From Scenedesmus sp. PABB004 (lineage: Eukaryota), in the NCBI GenBank assembly GCA_014905635.1, contig JABVCE010000010.1, positions 372,001-436,000 of the forward strand: a stretch of DNA of 64,000 nucleotides. The letters run 5' to 3'. Of the stretch, positions 23,679 to 35,986 are shown piece after piece. A program made the position numbers and the translations under genes. A model generated the notes under the pieces. The model was not told where the DNA came from, did not search any database, and saw nothing but the letters and a program-made list of their open reading frames with translations. Each line of letters starts with the position of its first letter. Position 1 is the stretch's first letter.

Positions 23679-25304
23679 TCAAAAGTCCACGTGGATGCGC
23701 ACGCGGGACAGCTCGGCGAGCGGTATCATGATCCGCGCGGCGCGCTGCTTCTTGGTCAGCCCGCGGCCCTTGACCGCGGCGTTGGCCTTGACGTCGGCGA
23801 GCTCCCACGTGCTCGACCCCTCCGCCTGGTCCAGCTCCACAAACCGCAGCACCGCACTCGCCTGCTTGCCCACGTCGCTCACGTAGTCGACGCGCATCGG
23901 CAGCTCCTGCGCGCGCGCAGCGTGCGGGCGTCGGCGGCGGCGCCACGGCGGCGGCACGGCGGCGGCACGGCCGTGCGCAGCCGCGCCGGCAGCATGGGCC
24001 GGCCGTGCGCGGCCGCGCGCACCTTGAAGCGCTGCAGGTCCTGCGGGATGATCAGCGTGCGCTCCGCGCCGGGCGACGACACCTCCAGCATGATCGCGCC
24101 CGCCTCCTCCGCGCCCAGCTCAGCCTCGAGCCCCTGCCGGCGGTGGCGCGCGACGCGGCGCTCGGGCGGACGACGCGCCGCCGGCCCCGGCCCCGCCGCC
24201 GGCCCCGCGCCGCCGCTCCCGCACTGGCCCCCGCCCCGCCGCCGACCCCGCGCGGCCGCCGCCGCACCGCCGCAAAGGCGCGGCTGAAGCGTTCGATGTC
24301 CTCCAGCTCTGGGGAGCCGTAGGGGTCGTCGAGGCGGTCCAGCCGCACCTCGATCGTGCGGCTCGGCACGACGGCGCGAAAGAGGTACAGCCGCAGCGAG
24401 CCGTTCTCCGGCGCGTCCAGCACCGCGCGCGCGACGCCCAGCGCGGCGTCGCCCCACGCGACGTTGCCGGTGAGGACGCCCGGCCCCGCGTCCTCCTCCA
24501 GCTCGGCGAGGAGGCCTGGTGGCGGCGGCGCCGGCGGCGCCGGCGGCGGCGGCGCGGTCGGCGCGGCGGGGCGGTCAGCCCGCGGGGCGGGCACGGCGGC
24601 GCGGCACGCCCTCGCCCCTGCCGCCGCCGGCGGCGCGGCCCCGGCGCCGCCCCTGCTGGCCGCGTCCGCGCACCCTCCTCGTCCGCGCCGAGGACGCCGC
24701 CGCCGGGGCCGCCGTCGCCGTCGCCAAACTCATCCTCCTCGTCAAACTCCTCAAACTCTTCAAACTCGTCCTCGTCCTCATACTCGTCCAGCAGCAGCGC
24801 CGTCTCCTCGTCCTCGTCGCCGATGAGGATGACGTCATCCATGCCGTCCATGCCGTTGGTCACGTCGGGCGCCGCGCCGCGTGCCGGCGGGCCCCGGCGG
24901 CGGCGCCGCCGCCGCGGGCGCCCGCGCGGCACGGCGCCGCGCCGCGGCGGCGGCCGGCGGGCGCGCGGCACGGCCGCGGCCAGGGCTGCGGCCAGGGCTG
25001 GGCCGGGCCCTGGGCCGGGCCGGCGGCGCCCGGCGCCGCGGCCGCGGGCAGGGGCCGCCGCCGGTGGCGCCGCTGCGCCGCCGCGCCGCGCGCGGCCGGC
25101 CCTGCTGCTGCGGCTGGAGGCGCGGGAGGGGTGGCGCAGACGGAGGCAGTGCGTGTGACCGCGCTGCGCGGGGCGGGCCGCGCGCCAGGGGCCGAGCTGG
25201 GCGTGCCGGTGCCTGCCGCAGCGCTGCTGCGTGCCCGCCCCACCTGCCGGCCGCGCCAGGGCGGGGCCTGGATGGCCCACGTGACGGCCGCTGGCCGCCT
25301 GCAT
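23679..25304 (-). CDS. rimP: Ribosome maturation factor RimP-family protein, organelle-targeted (4 exons)
   Basis: IEVRLDRLDDPYGSPELEDIERFS, LEVSSPGAERTLIIPQDLQRFK|ELPMRVDY, WELADVKAN...KGRGLTKKQ...VRIHVDF. An acidic N-terminal tract precedes these. The 5' end lies in duplication C. Confidence 0.8.
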
Positions 25305-25594
25305 GATCGACCCGGCTGCGGTGCGGCCCCTCGCCGCTGGGCGTGCAGGCCCGGCCAGCAGCGGCGGGCGCGGCGGGCGGCGGCCGGCTCGCGGGGCCGG
25401 GAGCTCGCCGCGGATCGCTGGAGGCTGCTGAGTGGCTTGGCGCGGCAGGGGAGCGACTGTGTGCGTGGCGACGGCGGCTGCAGGCGGTGCGCGCGAGCCG
25501 GCGCGGAGCTGCGCGGTGAGCCCTGGCGGCGCCGGCCGGCGCGCAGCCGGCGCGGGGGTCGCGGTCCGCTCCGCGCCGCCTCCACCCACACTCT
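24990..25594 (-). repeat. Inverted duplication C, copy 2 (5' end of the RimP gene)
   Basis: Reverse complement of 12372-12975. Confidence 0.9.
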
Positions 25595-25694
25595 CACCTG
25601 CTCGTGTCCCTGATCTGCGGCCGCCTCACGGCGCCGCGCAGTGTAGGCGCGCCAATCGTTTTGGCCTCACCTCCGGCCAGGCGCATCAGCAGCG

Positions 25695-27547
25695 ATGGCG
25701 CGTGCGATCGTGGTGCTCCTCGTGATCGGTGAGAGGTCCACAGGGGCCTGCGCGGTACCGCGCGGCGGGGCGCGGCACCGCAGCAGCACTCGGAGCTCAT
25801 CATGCCCAGGTTGCCTCCAGCCCCGCGCCGCGGCCGCCCCGCTGGTCGCGAAGGGCAGTCATAGTGCGGCTCGCTCAGACCAGCTCGGCACTGGCCGCGC
25901 CGGCGCACCGGATCGCGCCGTGCCGCGGCGCCGCTGCCCAAAGCTCACCCGCCGCCCGCGCTCTCCCTGCTCACCCGCCGCCGCCGCCGCCGACGCCGCT
26001 GCTGGCACGTGCCGTGGCGCGCCCGCAGGCGCCGCGACGGCCGCGGCCGCGCAGCAGACGTCGGCCGCGCCGACGGCGTGGTGGGGGTCCAAGCCGACGG
26101 ACAAGTGCACGCCGTACAACGTCGAGGGCTACCGCAGCCTCGACAGCGTGTGCGCCATCCTGGACGGCGCGACGACGGCGCAGCTGGACAGGCTCTACCT
26201 CAGCGCCAAGCCCCCCACGGCGGGGCAGGGCTTCCCGCTGCGCGGCTGCACCTACGGCTGCGTGCCGGGGAGCAACGGCGTCGAGGCGATCACGCGCCTC
26301 CCGCAGGCGCGCCGCGCCGCGCCGCCCCGCGCCGCCGCGCCGCGGCGCCGTCCAAGGGCCGCGCAGCCGCTGCCCGCCCTCGCGGCCGCCCGCCGCGCGC
26401 CGCTGCCCGCCCTCACGGCCGCGCCCGCCGCGCCGCCGCCAGACCAACATGGGGTGGAGCGGCAAGTGCTTCAGCTTCCAGATCAACGCCACGACCGGCA
26501 CGCCGATGACGCTCCTCAACGCGTTTGCCCCAAAGTGAGCACACGGGGGGCGTCTGCCCGCTCGCAGCGCCCTGCCGCGCGGCGCACACGCCCGCGCGCG
26601 CGAGCCCCGTCCTGCTCCCCGCGCCCGCGCCGCGCGCCGCTCGCGCGCCACGCCCGCCGCCCCACCGCGCCCACGCAGGTACGAGTACGCCGTCGACAAG
26701 CAGGCGGCCCGCGTCAACGGCACCATGGCCGGCTTTGCGAGTGCGCGCGGCGGGGGGGGGGGGGGGGGGGGCGGCGGGGCCCGACGCACCTCGCTCGCGC
26801 CTCGCGCGCGCGCCGCCGCCGCCGCCGCCGCCGCCGACGGCACGCCCGCGCCGTGCGCCCGCGCCCGCCCCTCCCCCAGACGTGTACTGGGAGCCTAAGA
26901 GTTTCAGCGACGGGCGGCCGGTGTGGACGTTCAACTACACCAACTCGGCCGACCTCTTTGACCCGTCGCTCGACGACGCGGTGGAGGTGCAGAGCATCCG
27001 CGACGAGGCGCGCCTCATCTCGCCGGGCTTCATCCTTGGTGCGCCCTGCGCCGCCGCCGCGCCGCGCAGCAGGCCCCGCGCGGCAGCCCCTGCGCCGCCG
27101 CACCGCGCGGTCTTGCACGCCGCGCCTGCGGCACCGAGTCGCTCGCTCGAGCGCGCGCCCCGTCGGCCCTGCCGGCGACAACCACGCTCCAGGCCGCATG
27201 TACATCCAGACCAGCGCCAAGAAGGGCGTGGAGGTGCCCATATACTTTGCCCTGTTCCAGGCGGTGAGCTGCGATGCGGGGTCCATGGTGGTGCTAGCAG
27301 CTGGCCACGCGGCGGCCGCCCGGGCGGCGCGCCGCGCGCGGCGCGGCAAGCCCCTGCGCCACGCCCTGCACGCGGCCGCCGGGCGCGCGCTGCGACCCGG
27401 TGCCGGACCGCAGCCCCGCCGACCGCGCCCGCGCCCGCGCCGCAGTGCACGGCCAACGGCCAGTACGCGACCACGCCCGGCGCGCGCGCGCTGCCGCCGC
27501 TCGGCGGGCTCACGCTGCCCGGGTCCACCGTCGGCCTCGGCGTGTGA
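25695..27547 (+). CDS. Secreted hypothetical protein resembling an uncharacterised bacterial family (7 exons)
   Basis: Signal peptide MARAIVVLLVI...; motifs QLDRLY, GWSGKCF, VYWEPKSFSDGRPVWTFNY, IRDEARLISPGFILGRMY and IYFALFQ, which recall bacterial WxGKxF...SxxDG...RDExRxxxPGxxLG hypothetical proteins. Confidence 0.65.
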
Positions 27548-28385
27548 GGACGACCCTCCGCTGCTTCGCTGTGGGCGTTGATGGTCTTCGTTTCAGCGCT
27601 GCGCTGTGTCTCCGTCGCTCAACAGACTGGCTGCCGCGCATGCCGAACAACCCTGACCCCCTTCCTGCACATCGCTCCTTCGTTCCTGCACGGCTGCTCC
27701 TGCTGGTCGGCGCGCGGCGATTGCCGTTGCTCTCGAGCAACGAAACCAACGACTGCCGGCGTGAACGCTCACCGTTGGAACGCGTGGTGCCGGCTCACCA
27801 CTGACCGCGCGGGGCCGTCGGCGGCGACGAATGCGCGCCGGCGAGGCGCGAGGCTTTTTGTTGGGTCCCGTGAGTTCTTTTTACAGCATGTGTAAGGCAT
27901 CCCCGGGCACCTCGTCGCAGTCCCTGGGCCACACGCGCCCGCCGCGCTCGTCGTCGACGCAACGCAGCGGGCGCGGCGCTAGCAGTCAGTCAGCCGCCGG
28001 CGCGCGTGCGGCCGGCCGACCGTGGCAACAGAAAAAACAATGGCAGTGCGGTGCGGTGCGGGCGGTCAGGCGACCGGCCGGCCGGACAGATGACGGACCG
28101 GCCGCGCACCGTGCGCCCTGCGGGACTCGCCGTGGTCGTGCATAGTCAGGCCATGCGTGGCCCTGCTGCTCCCGCTGCCAGTGGCTCCCCACCCACCCAC
28201 GTCGTCAACGCGCCACATCCCTCGCGCTGACAGCGCCTGCTGCTGCTGCTCTGCTGGTCTCGACCAAAAACACCGCCGCCCGCCTGGCTCAAAAAGGCAA
28301 GGAAAAAACGCGCCGCGCGTCCGCCCCACAAAAATCCCCCACGCCCCGCCGAAGCTTCCGGCCGCGCCGCGCCGGGCGCGCGGCC

Positions 28386-29952
28386 TCACGCCCGGCCCGC
28401 GCCCGCGAGCGCCGCCGCGCCGCCGGGCCCGCTCGGCAGCCCGGCCGGGGTGAGGCGCACCGGCACGAGGCTGAAGCTCATGGTCGGCCAGAGCCCCGAC
28501 GGCGGCGCCGCGCCGCCCCACTCGTCGCGCACGTTGACCGCGCGCCGCGGCGGCGCCGGCGCCCGCGCCGCTTGCGGCGGCGTCGCGGGCGCGCCGCCCT
28601 GGGCGCCCGGCGCCTCCAGGCCGCTGCCCTCCTCAAACTGCCACTTGGGCTGGCAGGTGAGGCGCATCGACATCATCGGCCGCAGCATGCGCGGCGACGC
28701 GCTCGGCCCGAGCCGGCCAGGCTGCCCGCCAGCGGCGACGCGACGGGCGAGGCGGCCGGCGCGCCGGCGCCGCGGCCCGTCGCGAGCGGGCTCAGCGGCG
28801 GCAGCGCCGCGCCCGCCCACGACGCGGCGGCGCGGCCCGGCGGCGCGGGCGACGTGAGCGGGCCCTGGTCGGCCAGGCCGTGGCTGCGCGGCGCGCCCGC
28901 GGGCGCGGGCGCGGGCAGGCCGCTCGCCGCCGCCGCGGCGGCGGGGTCGACCTCGGCCAGCTGCTGCAGCGCGGCGTCCAGCGCGGCCTGCATGCTGCCG
29001 CTGCGGCGCAGCTCCTCGTCCTTGCTCAGCGCCTCGCCGCCGCCGGGGCCCTCCTCCGCCAGGCTCTGCAGGCCCGCGCTCGGCGAGTGCGCGACCGGCG
29101 CCGACAGGCTGAGCGAGAGCGCGAGCCCCGCGACCGGCCGCGTGGGGCTGGACGGCGCGCTGATGCGCTCCCACACCATGTCGAAGCTGCCGTCGCGCGC
29201 GGCGCCGCCCGCGGCGCGGTCGCGCTGAACGGGCTGCGCTGGACGGCAGGCGGCTCCGCATCGCCGCCGGCCGGGGCGCCGGCCGGGCGGGCGGCGCCGC
29301 TGAAGGACATGGGGCTCAGAGAGGGGCACTCCCTGACCATCTGCCGCAGGCCTGGCGGCGGCGCACGGGCGGCGGGCGGGCGGGCGCGGCGCGGGCGCGC
29401 GTCAGCACATCGCGCGGCGCCGGCGGGCCGCGGCGCGGCGGCGGCGCGGCGGCGCACCTGCGAGCAGGCCCGAGCGGCCGCTGCGGCCGGCGCTGCTGCT
29501 GCGCCGGCGGAGGTGGCTGTCGGCGCCGGGCGTGCCGACCGCGGGCGTGAGCGCGGCGGCGCTGAACTGGATGCGGCCGCCCAGGTGCTTCTCGTGGAGC
29601 ACAGTCAGCAGGTAGCCAAAGCCCAGCAGCGCCTGCGTCGCGCGCTTGGCCATGCTGTCCACGGCGGCGCCCAGGCGCGGCCTGCGGCGGCGGCGGCGGC
29701 GGGTGGCGCGTCGGCGTCGGCGCGGCGGCGGCGGCGGCAGTGGCGGCGCCGGATGCGCGGCGCGCGCGGCGCTCACTTCTTGGCCGAGTTGGTGCGGGTG
29801 ATCTGGGCGCTGCCGGCCTCCGCATCGTCCACGCTGACCAGCACGCGGGGCGCGGTCTGCTGCCCCGCGCCGGGGGCCGCGCGGAGCTGCGCCGCGGCGG
29901 GCGCGGCCGCCTGCTGCGCGGGCGCGGTGCTGCAGGGGCACGCGGGGCAGCA

Positions 29953-29986
<34 letters not shown>

Positions 29987-30968
29987 GTCAGCGCGTCAGC
30001 GCGGCCCGCCCTGGCCGGGCGCCGCGCCGGCGCCTCCCCTCCGGCCGCCCCTCGCTCCCGCGCGGCGCCGCTGGGCTCACCCGGCCTGCTGGGCGCCGCC
30101 GCCGCCGCGGGCGATCTGGTTGAGCTCGGCGCGGTTCTGCTCCAGCATGCTCATCACGCGCCCGAGGTTCATGCTCAGCTGCTCGTCGAGGTCGGGCGGC
30201 GCGGCGATGCACGCGGCAAACTCGAGGTCGGCGTCGCTCAGCGCGTCGGCCGCGGCCTGCAGGTCGGGCGCGGCAAAGGGCGTGCCGTACGCCTGCATGC
30301 GGCAGCTCAGCGCGTGGTGCGCGGGGACCTGCGGCGGCGCGGCGGCGCAGTGAGCGGACGCCGGCGCCGCCGGCGCGCACGCGGCGCGTGCCCGGCGCGT
30401 GCGCGGCGGCGCGGCGCCGCTCTCGCCTGCAGCGTGGCCTGGAAGACCACCTCGCTGTCGACGCTCGACTTGACCATGTCCATGTTCTCAAACAGCGCGA
30501 GGCTGATGTCGAGCAGGAACGGCAGCGCCTGCGCGGCGGCGGCGGCGGGGCGCGACAGCGTGGTGTCAGGGGGCACACACAGGTGCTGGGGGCGTCCGGC
30601 GCCTGGCCCGACACTCGGCGCCGGCGGCGCTCGGACGCTCCGCGCGGCGCGGCCCGGTCGCGGCGGCAGCGGCGCGCGCGCGCCTGGCAGGCCGTCTCGC
30701 GCGGCGCCCGCTTGGCCATGGTCCACTGCCGCCGGATCGGCGGCCCACCCAGGCCGGTCTGCGGCGGCGGCACAGGGCCTGAGGCGCGCGGGGCCCAGCG
30801 CCGGCCCGGCAGCGGCTCTCGGAGCGCGCGCGCATGCCGCACCCCGCATCCTGGCGTCAGCGCGCCCGGCAGGCCGGAGGCGAGGCCCAGGCCCTTGGGG
30901 CCCTTCACGGTCGTCGCCGCTGAGACGGCGCGGCTCGGAGCGAGCGTGGCGACGCCGGTGCCGCCCAT
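28386..30968 (-). CDS. Hypothetical protein (~7 exons)
   Basis: Exons with coding-like composition splice in frame: ALPFLLDISLALFENMDMVKSSVDSEVVFQATLQ|VPAHHALSCRMQAYGTPF..., AVDSMAKRATQALLGFGYLLTVLHEKHLGGRIQF. No domain recognised; start codon uncertain. Confidence 0.55.
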
Positions 30969-31370
30969 TCTGTGCTCCAGGCGCGCGCGCCCGCGTGGCG
31001 CGAGTGCTACCGCGCGGCGTCCGGTCGCCGGGGGGCTGGCGCAGCACCTGGTGCGCGTGTGATCGGGCGGGCGCGCTCCTGCGAGCCGGCTGGCTCTCTC
31101 TTCTGCGCGGCGTCGGCGTGCGTCCTGCTGGGGCAGCGTTTGTGTGTGCGCGAAGCGTGGTCCGGCGCGTTGTGGGTGCAGTCGTGTGCGCCGCATCTAA
31201 TGACTTTGGGCAGCGGTGCCTGCCGGGCTCCCACGCGCGCGCTCCGCTGCAGCAGACCGCGCCGACCGCTCGATCGTGCCGCTCCCCGTCAGCGCTTGAG
31301 TCCGCGCCGCTCGGCCGGATCCCCTGCTGGCCCGGCGGCGGCGGCGCGCGCGGCGGCGGCGGCGCGCAGC

Positions 31371-33871
31371 ATGCACCGCCCGCCGCCGGCCCAGCTGCAG
31401 GCCGCGTCCTGCCGCGGCAGGTTGCCAGCGCGCTCGCGGCCGGCGGCGGCGCGCGGCTCGCGGCCGACAGCAGCAGCTGCGGCGGCCGCGGGCGCGGAGG
31501 TGCCGCCGGAGCTGCCGGAGCGGGGGCAGCGCGCGGCAGCGGAGGAGGTGCCGAAGGAGGAGGCGTGGGACTACGTGGCGCCGCCGGAGCTGCTCGCGCG
31601 CAACCGCGTGTGGGCGGACGCCGCGCTGCGCGGCCGGACGCTGCTCGCGCCGCTCACCAAGGGGGGCAACCTGCCGTTCCGCCGGCTCTGCGTCGACTTT
31701 GACGCCGAACTGCGGACGATGAGCGAGATGGCCTTCGCTCGGAAGCTCGTCAAGTGCGCGCTCCGCAGCTGCCGCCGCCGGCGGCCAGGCGCGCGGTCGC
31801 GCGGCGCACTCGCCCGCGCCGCGGCGCAGCTCACGCGCGCGCACCCGCCGCGCCGCCGGCGGCCGGCCCGGCCCGGCCCGCCGGCGCAGGGGCGACCGCG
31901 TCGAGAACGCGCGCATGTACCGCGCGCCCAACGAGCTCTGCTTCGGCGTTCAGGTGCGGTGCGCCCGCCCGCGCCGCCGCGCGCGCCTGCCGCCGCGCCG
32001 GCTTCACAGCGCCCCCTCTGCCCCGCGCTGCCGCCCCCTCTCTGGCCGCAGATCGCGACCAACAGCATCGCCGAGGGCCTCGCCGCGTCGCGTGCGGCCG
32101 CCCGAGCTGGCGCGTCTTGGATCGATTTGAACTGTGGTGCGGGGGCCATGGCGGGCGCGCGCCCTGGGCAGGCGCAGCGGCGGCGCCCGCGCCCGACCGC
32201 CGCGCCCGGCCGCCGCGCCGCGCGCGCTGGCATGGCAGGGTGTCCCATCTTTGAGGCGACGCGGCGCGGGCTCGGCGCGGCGCTGCTGCGCAAACCCACA
32301 AAGCTGGCCCGCCTGGTCGCTGGCATCGCGGCCGGCTCAGAGCTCCCCGTCACCGTGAAGATCCGCACCGGTGCGCCGCGCCGCGCCCCCGCCGCGCGGC
32401 AGCCCCGCCCCGCGCGCCGCCGCCGACGGCGCCGCGCTGCGCCCTGTGACTGCGCCGTGTGACCCGCGCCCCGCCCCCGTGCGACCGCGCCCCGCGCCCG
32501 CGCCCGCGCCGGGGCCAGGCGAGTCCGACCGAAAGGTCAACGCGCCGCGCGTCGTCGCGCTGCTGGAGCAGGCCGGCGCGGCAGCGGTCACCGTGCACGG
32601 CCGCACAATGGAGCAGCGGTGCGCCCGCGCGCCGGCGGCGCTCGCCGCGCCGCGCTGCCGGCGACGCGCGCCGCTCTGACCCGCATGCCGCGCCCGCCGT
32701 ACCTAGCTACAAGAAGGCAGCTGACTGGGCGCTCATTGCGTCGCTCGCGGCCGCGCACCCGGGGCTGGCGCTGCTGGGCAACGGCGACCTCCTGACGCAC
32801 TATGAGGCGGACGCGCGGCGCCGCAGCGGCGTCGCGGGGCTGATGGTCGGCCGCGGCGCGCTGATCAAGCCCTGGATCTTCGAGGAGCTGCGCGAGGCGC
32901 GGCGCGGCGCAGGGGGCGGGGCGCGGCAGGCGCCGGGGTCATGCGACGCACCGCGCCGCGCGCCGCCGAGCGGCGCCGAGCGCGCCGGGCGGCCGCCGCC
33001 GCGCGCCGCAGGGCCGCGAGCTGCTGCTGACGGCGGCGGAGCGCGTCGGCGTGTATCGCCGCCTCGCCGGCCACATGAAGGTGTGTGGCCGCGGCGCGGG
33101 TGCCGCTGCCCGCTTGCCACAGCGCGCCGCCGCGCTGAGCGCGCCGCCCCATGACATGACCCGCGCCGCGCCCCGCGCCGCCGCGCCAAGGCGCACTTTG
33201 GCGACGACGCCTGGGGCAAGCGCAAAGCGTTCTACTTTTTCCCCTGGCACTTTGCCTTTTTCTCGAGGTGGGCGGCTCACTGCGACTGCCTCGCCGGTCC
33301 TGCGCGTGCAGGCGGTCTCCTGCGAGCTGTGTGTGCCCTGGGGCAGCGCCGCCGACGGCCGCCCGCCTCGCCACGCCTGCTCCTCCGCCTGCCCCCCCCC
33401 CCTGCCTCTCGCCGCCGCCAGGTACCGGCCGCTGCCGGCCGAGGTGTACGCCGCGGACGCGGCGCGGCACCCGCTGATCGCGACGCGCAGCGACCTCGCC
33501 GACCCGCGGGCGAGTGCCGGCGGCCGCGGCGGCGCCCGGCTGCTGCGGCCCGATCGCGCCGGCGCGGCGCGGCGCGCGCGCGCGAGCGCGCGCGTGCAGC
33601 ACGCGGCCGACGCTGGGCCTGCCCCTGCCGCTGCCGGCAGGTGGGCGAGAGCGAGGCGGAGCTGCCGCTGCTCGAGAGGCTTCTGCGCTGCGAGGCGGAG
33701 GCAGCGCACGGCCCAATCGCAGAGGCGATCTGGGACGCAGCCAGCGACGCCGACGCCGTCACCGCGCTGGAGGCGCTCGCCGCGTCGAGCCTCGCGGGCT
33801 GGGAGGAGGAGCTGCGCGCGGGCGGGCGCGACGGCAGCGGCCGCGACGACGACGCGGCGGTGGAGGGCTGA
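31371..33871 (+). CDS. tRNA-dihydrouridine synthase, DUS3-like (10 exons)
   Basis: LAPLTKGGNLPFRRLC, FGVQIA, IDLNCGCP, PVTVKIRTG, VTVHGRTMEQRYKKAADW, GNGD, GLMVGRGALIKPWIFEE, HFGDD. Confidence 0.92.
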
Positions 33872-33986
33872 CTCACTTTACGCAGGCACGCGAGCGGAGC
33901 GCATGCAACGCACGCGCTGCAAGAGACGCGCCAACGCCGGACGCCCGCGACCGCGCCGCCCTGCCGCCGCGCCGCTCCAGCCGCCG

Positions 33987-35325
33987 CTACCAGCCGCCGC
34001 GCTTCTTCTGCCGCTCGCGCGCGATGTCCTGCGGCCAGGCCGGGGCGCGCGGCGTGAGGCGGGGCGGCCCCAGCCAGGTAGCCGCGTCGGCGCGGCCGCG
34101 CGCTGGCCCAAGCCCCTCCACCCTGAGCCCCCCCCCCCCCCGGCGGCGGCTGCGCAGCCGCGCGCGCGCGCGCGTGCCTTGAGGTCGCGCGTCCGCTCTG
34201 TGATGAACCGGCGGCGCTCGTTGAGGTGCTCCGGGTCGATGCCCTCGTAGCGGCGCACCTGCGATGAGGCCCGGCGCGGCGCGGCGCGGCGCGGCGCGGC
34301 GCGGCGCGGCGCGGCGCGGCGCGGTGTGGCGGCCTGCGCCAGCCGAGCCAGCGGCCGGGGGCAGCGGCGGGCGTGAGCAAGCGACCACTGCGCGCACCGT
34401 CTGCTTGCCAAAGCTCATCGCAAACTGGCCGCGCCGCACGGCGCCGCCGGCGCCGTCGTCGTCGTCCCTGCGGCGCGGCGGGCGCGCTCGGGGCGGCGCG
34501 CCCCGCGTGCGCCGCGCGCGCCCTCCCCGCCCGCCGCCCCGCGCGCGCGCGCCTCCCTCCCCGCCCGCCGCCCCGCGCGCGCGCGCCTCCCTCCCCGCCC
34601 GCCGCCCCGCGCGCGCGCGCGCGCGCACCGCCCGCCGGTGCGCTCCGCGAGCATGCGGGCCTTGGCCGCCTCCGTCTCAGCGATGCGCCGCATCTTGCTG
34701 TCCTTGCCGACCTCCACCTCTGTAATCGCCGTCATCATGCCCGCCAGCGTCACCTCCTGCGTCACGTTGGCCTGCGCGCGGGCGCGGCGCCGCGCGGCGC
34801 GCCGCGCGCGTCGGCGCGTGCGCCGCTGCCGGGCGCCCCTCTGCCGCCGCCGCCGCGCGCCGACGCGCCCAGCCGCCGCCGCCTCGCGCCGCCGCGCGCC
34901 GCCGCGCCGCCGCGCCGCCGCGCCTGCAGGCCCTCCGGCAGGCTGTACAGCTCCAGCTCGGCCTGCTGCGCCTTGGTGAGGCTGCCGCCGCGCTCCTCGA
35001 CGCTCTTGCCGAGGCGCTTGGCGAGCTCGGTCTCCACGTAGCGCGCCATGTGGGCTTCCTCGTCCATGAGCTGGCTCTTGGCCGCGCCCTCGGCCTTGAC
35101 GTACTGCGACTCCAGCAGCTCGTTGTCGTCGCCGTCGCGGTCGTCGTCCGCCGCGCTCGGCACGAGGCGGCTCGCGTCGATGCCAGCGCCGCGGCGGCGC
35201 GTGCGCTGCAGCAGCTTCAGGTCCTCCAGCGCGTCGCGGCGCACCTCCGGCGCGCCCTCATCGCCGGGGCCGTCCTCGTCCTCGTCCAGCGCCCGGCGCT
35301 TGCGCAGGTGGCGCTGCTTCGACAT
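33987..35325 (-). CDS. C9orf78/Tls1 (HCA59)-like spliceosome-associated protein (5 exons)
   Basis: MSKQRHLRKRR, LEDLKLLQRTRRRGAGIDA, DEEAHMARYVETELAKRLG, LYSLPEGL, MTAITEVEVGKDSKMRRIAETEAAKARM. Confidence 0.75.
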
Positions 35326-35986
35326 GCCGCCGCGGCTGCGGCGACCGCCGGCGGCCGCGCGTCGGCGCTGCTGCCGGCGCCGCGGCGCGTGCGCCGCTGC
35401 TGCCGCTCGGGTCGGCCGCAGCTGCTGCCCGGCGCCGGGGCGCGGTCTGGCCGGGCTGAGGCGGGTGGCGCTGCGGCTCGTGGGGCGCGGGGGGGCTGCA
35501 CGCGGGTGCAGCAGCACGCGGCCGGGCGCGGCTGGGGAGCGCTGCACCGTGTGGCGTGGTCGTGATGCGAGGATGCGGTGTGCAGCGCGCGGGACCGGAA
35601 AGGGCGGCAGGGCCGCGGCGCGCCGCTGCTCGTCACGCAACCAGGGCTCGCCGCCGCGGGCGGGCCTCCCCAGAGCTCGCTGCAGCCGCCGGCGTGCTGC
35701 ACATCGCCCCCGCGCTCCTCCTCCTCCAGCAGCCGGCAAACAGCGCCGTCTCGGCCTGCGCCGCCCAGCTGCTCGGCAGCGCCGGGACACGCGAGCGGCG
35801 CTGCTGCCGCGCCGCCGCGCCGCAGCCGCCGCACGGCGGGCGCAGCGGGGAGCCCGCCCGCTCAGCCTGAACTACGCTTCACGCCCCAGCGGCGGCAGCA
35901 GCCGGCGCCGCCGCGCACCGGACAACCCCAGCGCCGGCGCGGGAGCAGCTCGCGGGCAGCGGCCGGCGGCCGGCGCGGCGGCCGCC

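Noticed and set aside
33987..35325. C9orf78 splicing factor as the cause of the GC-donor excess
   Set aside because: It is a widely conserved gene linked mainly to BRR2 and 3' splice-site choice; its presence here is probably coincidental.
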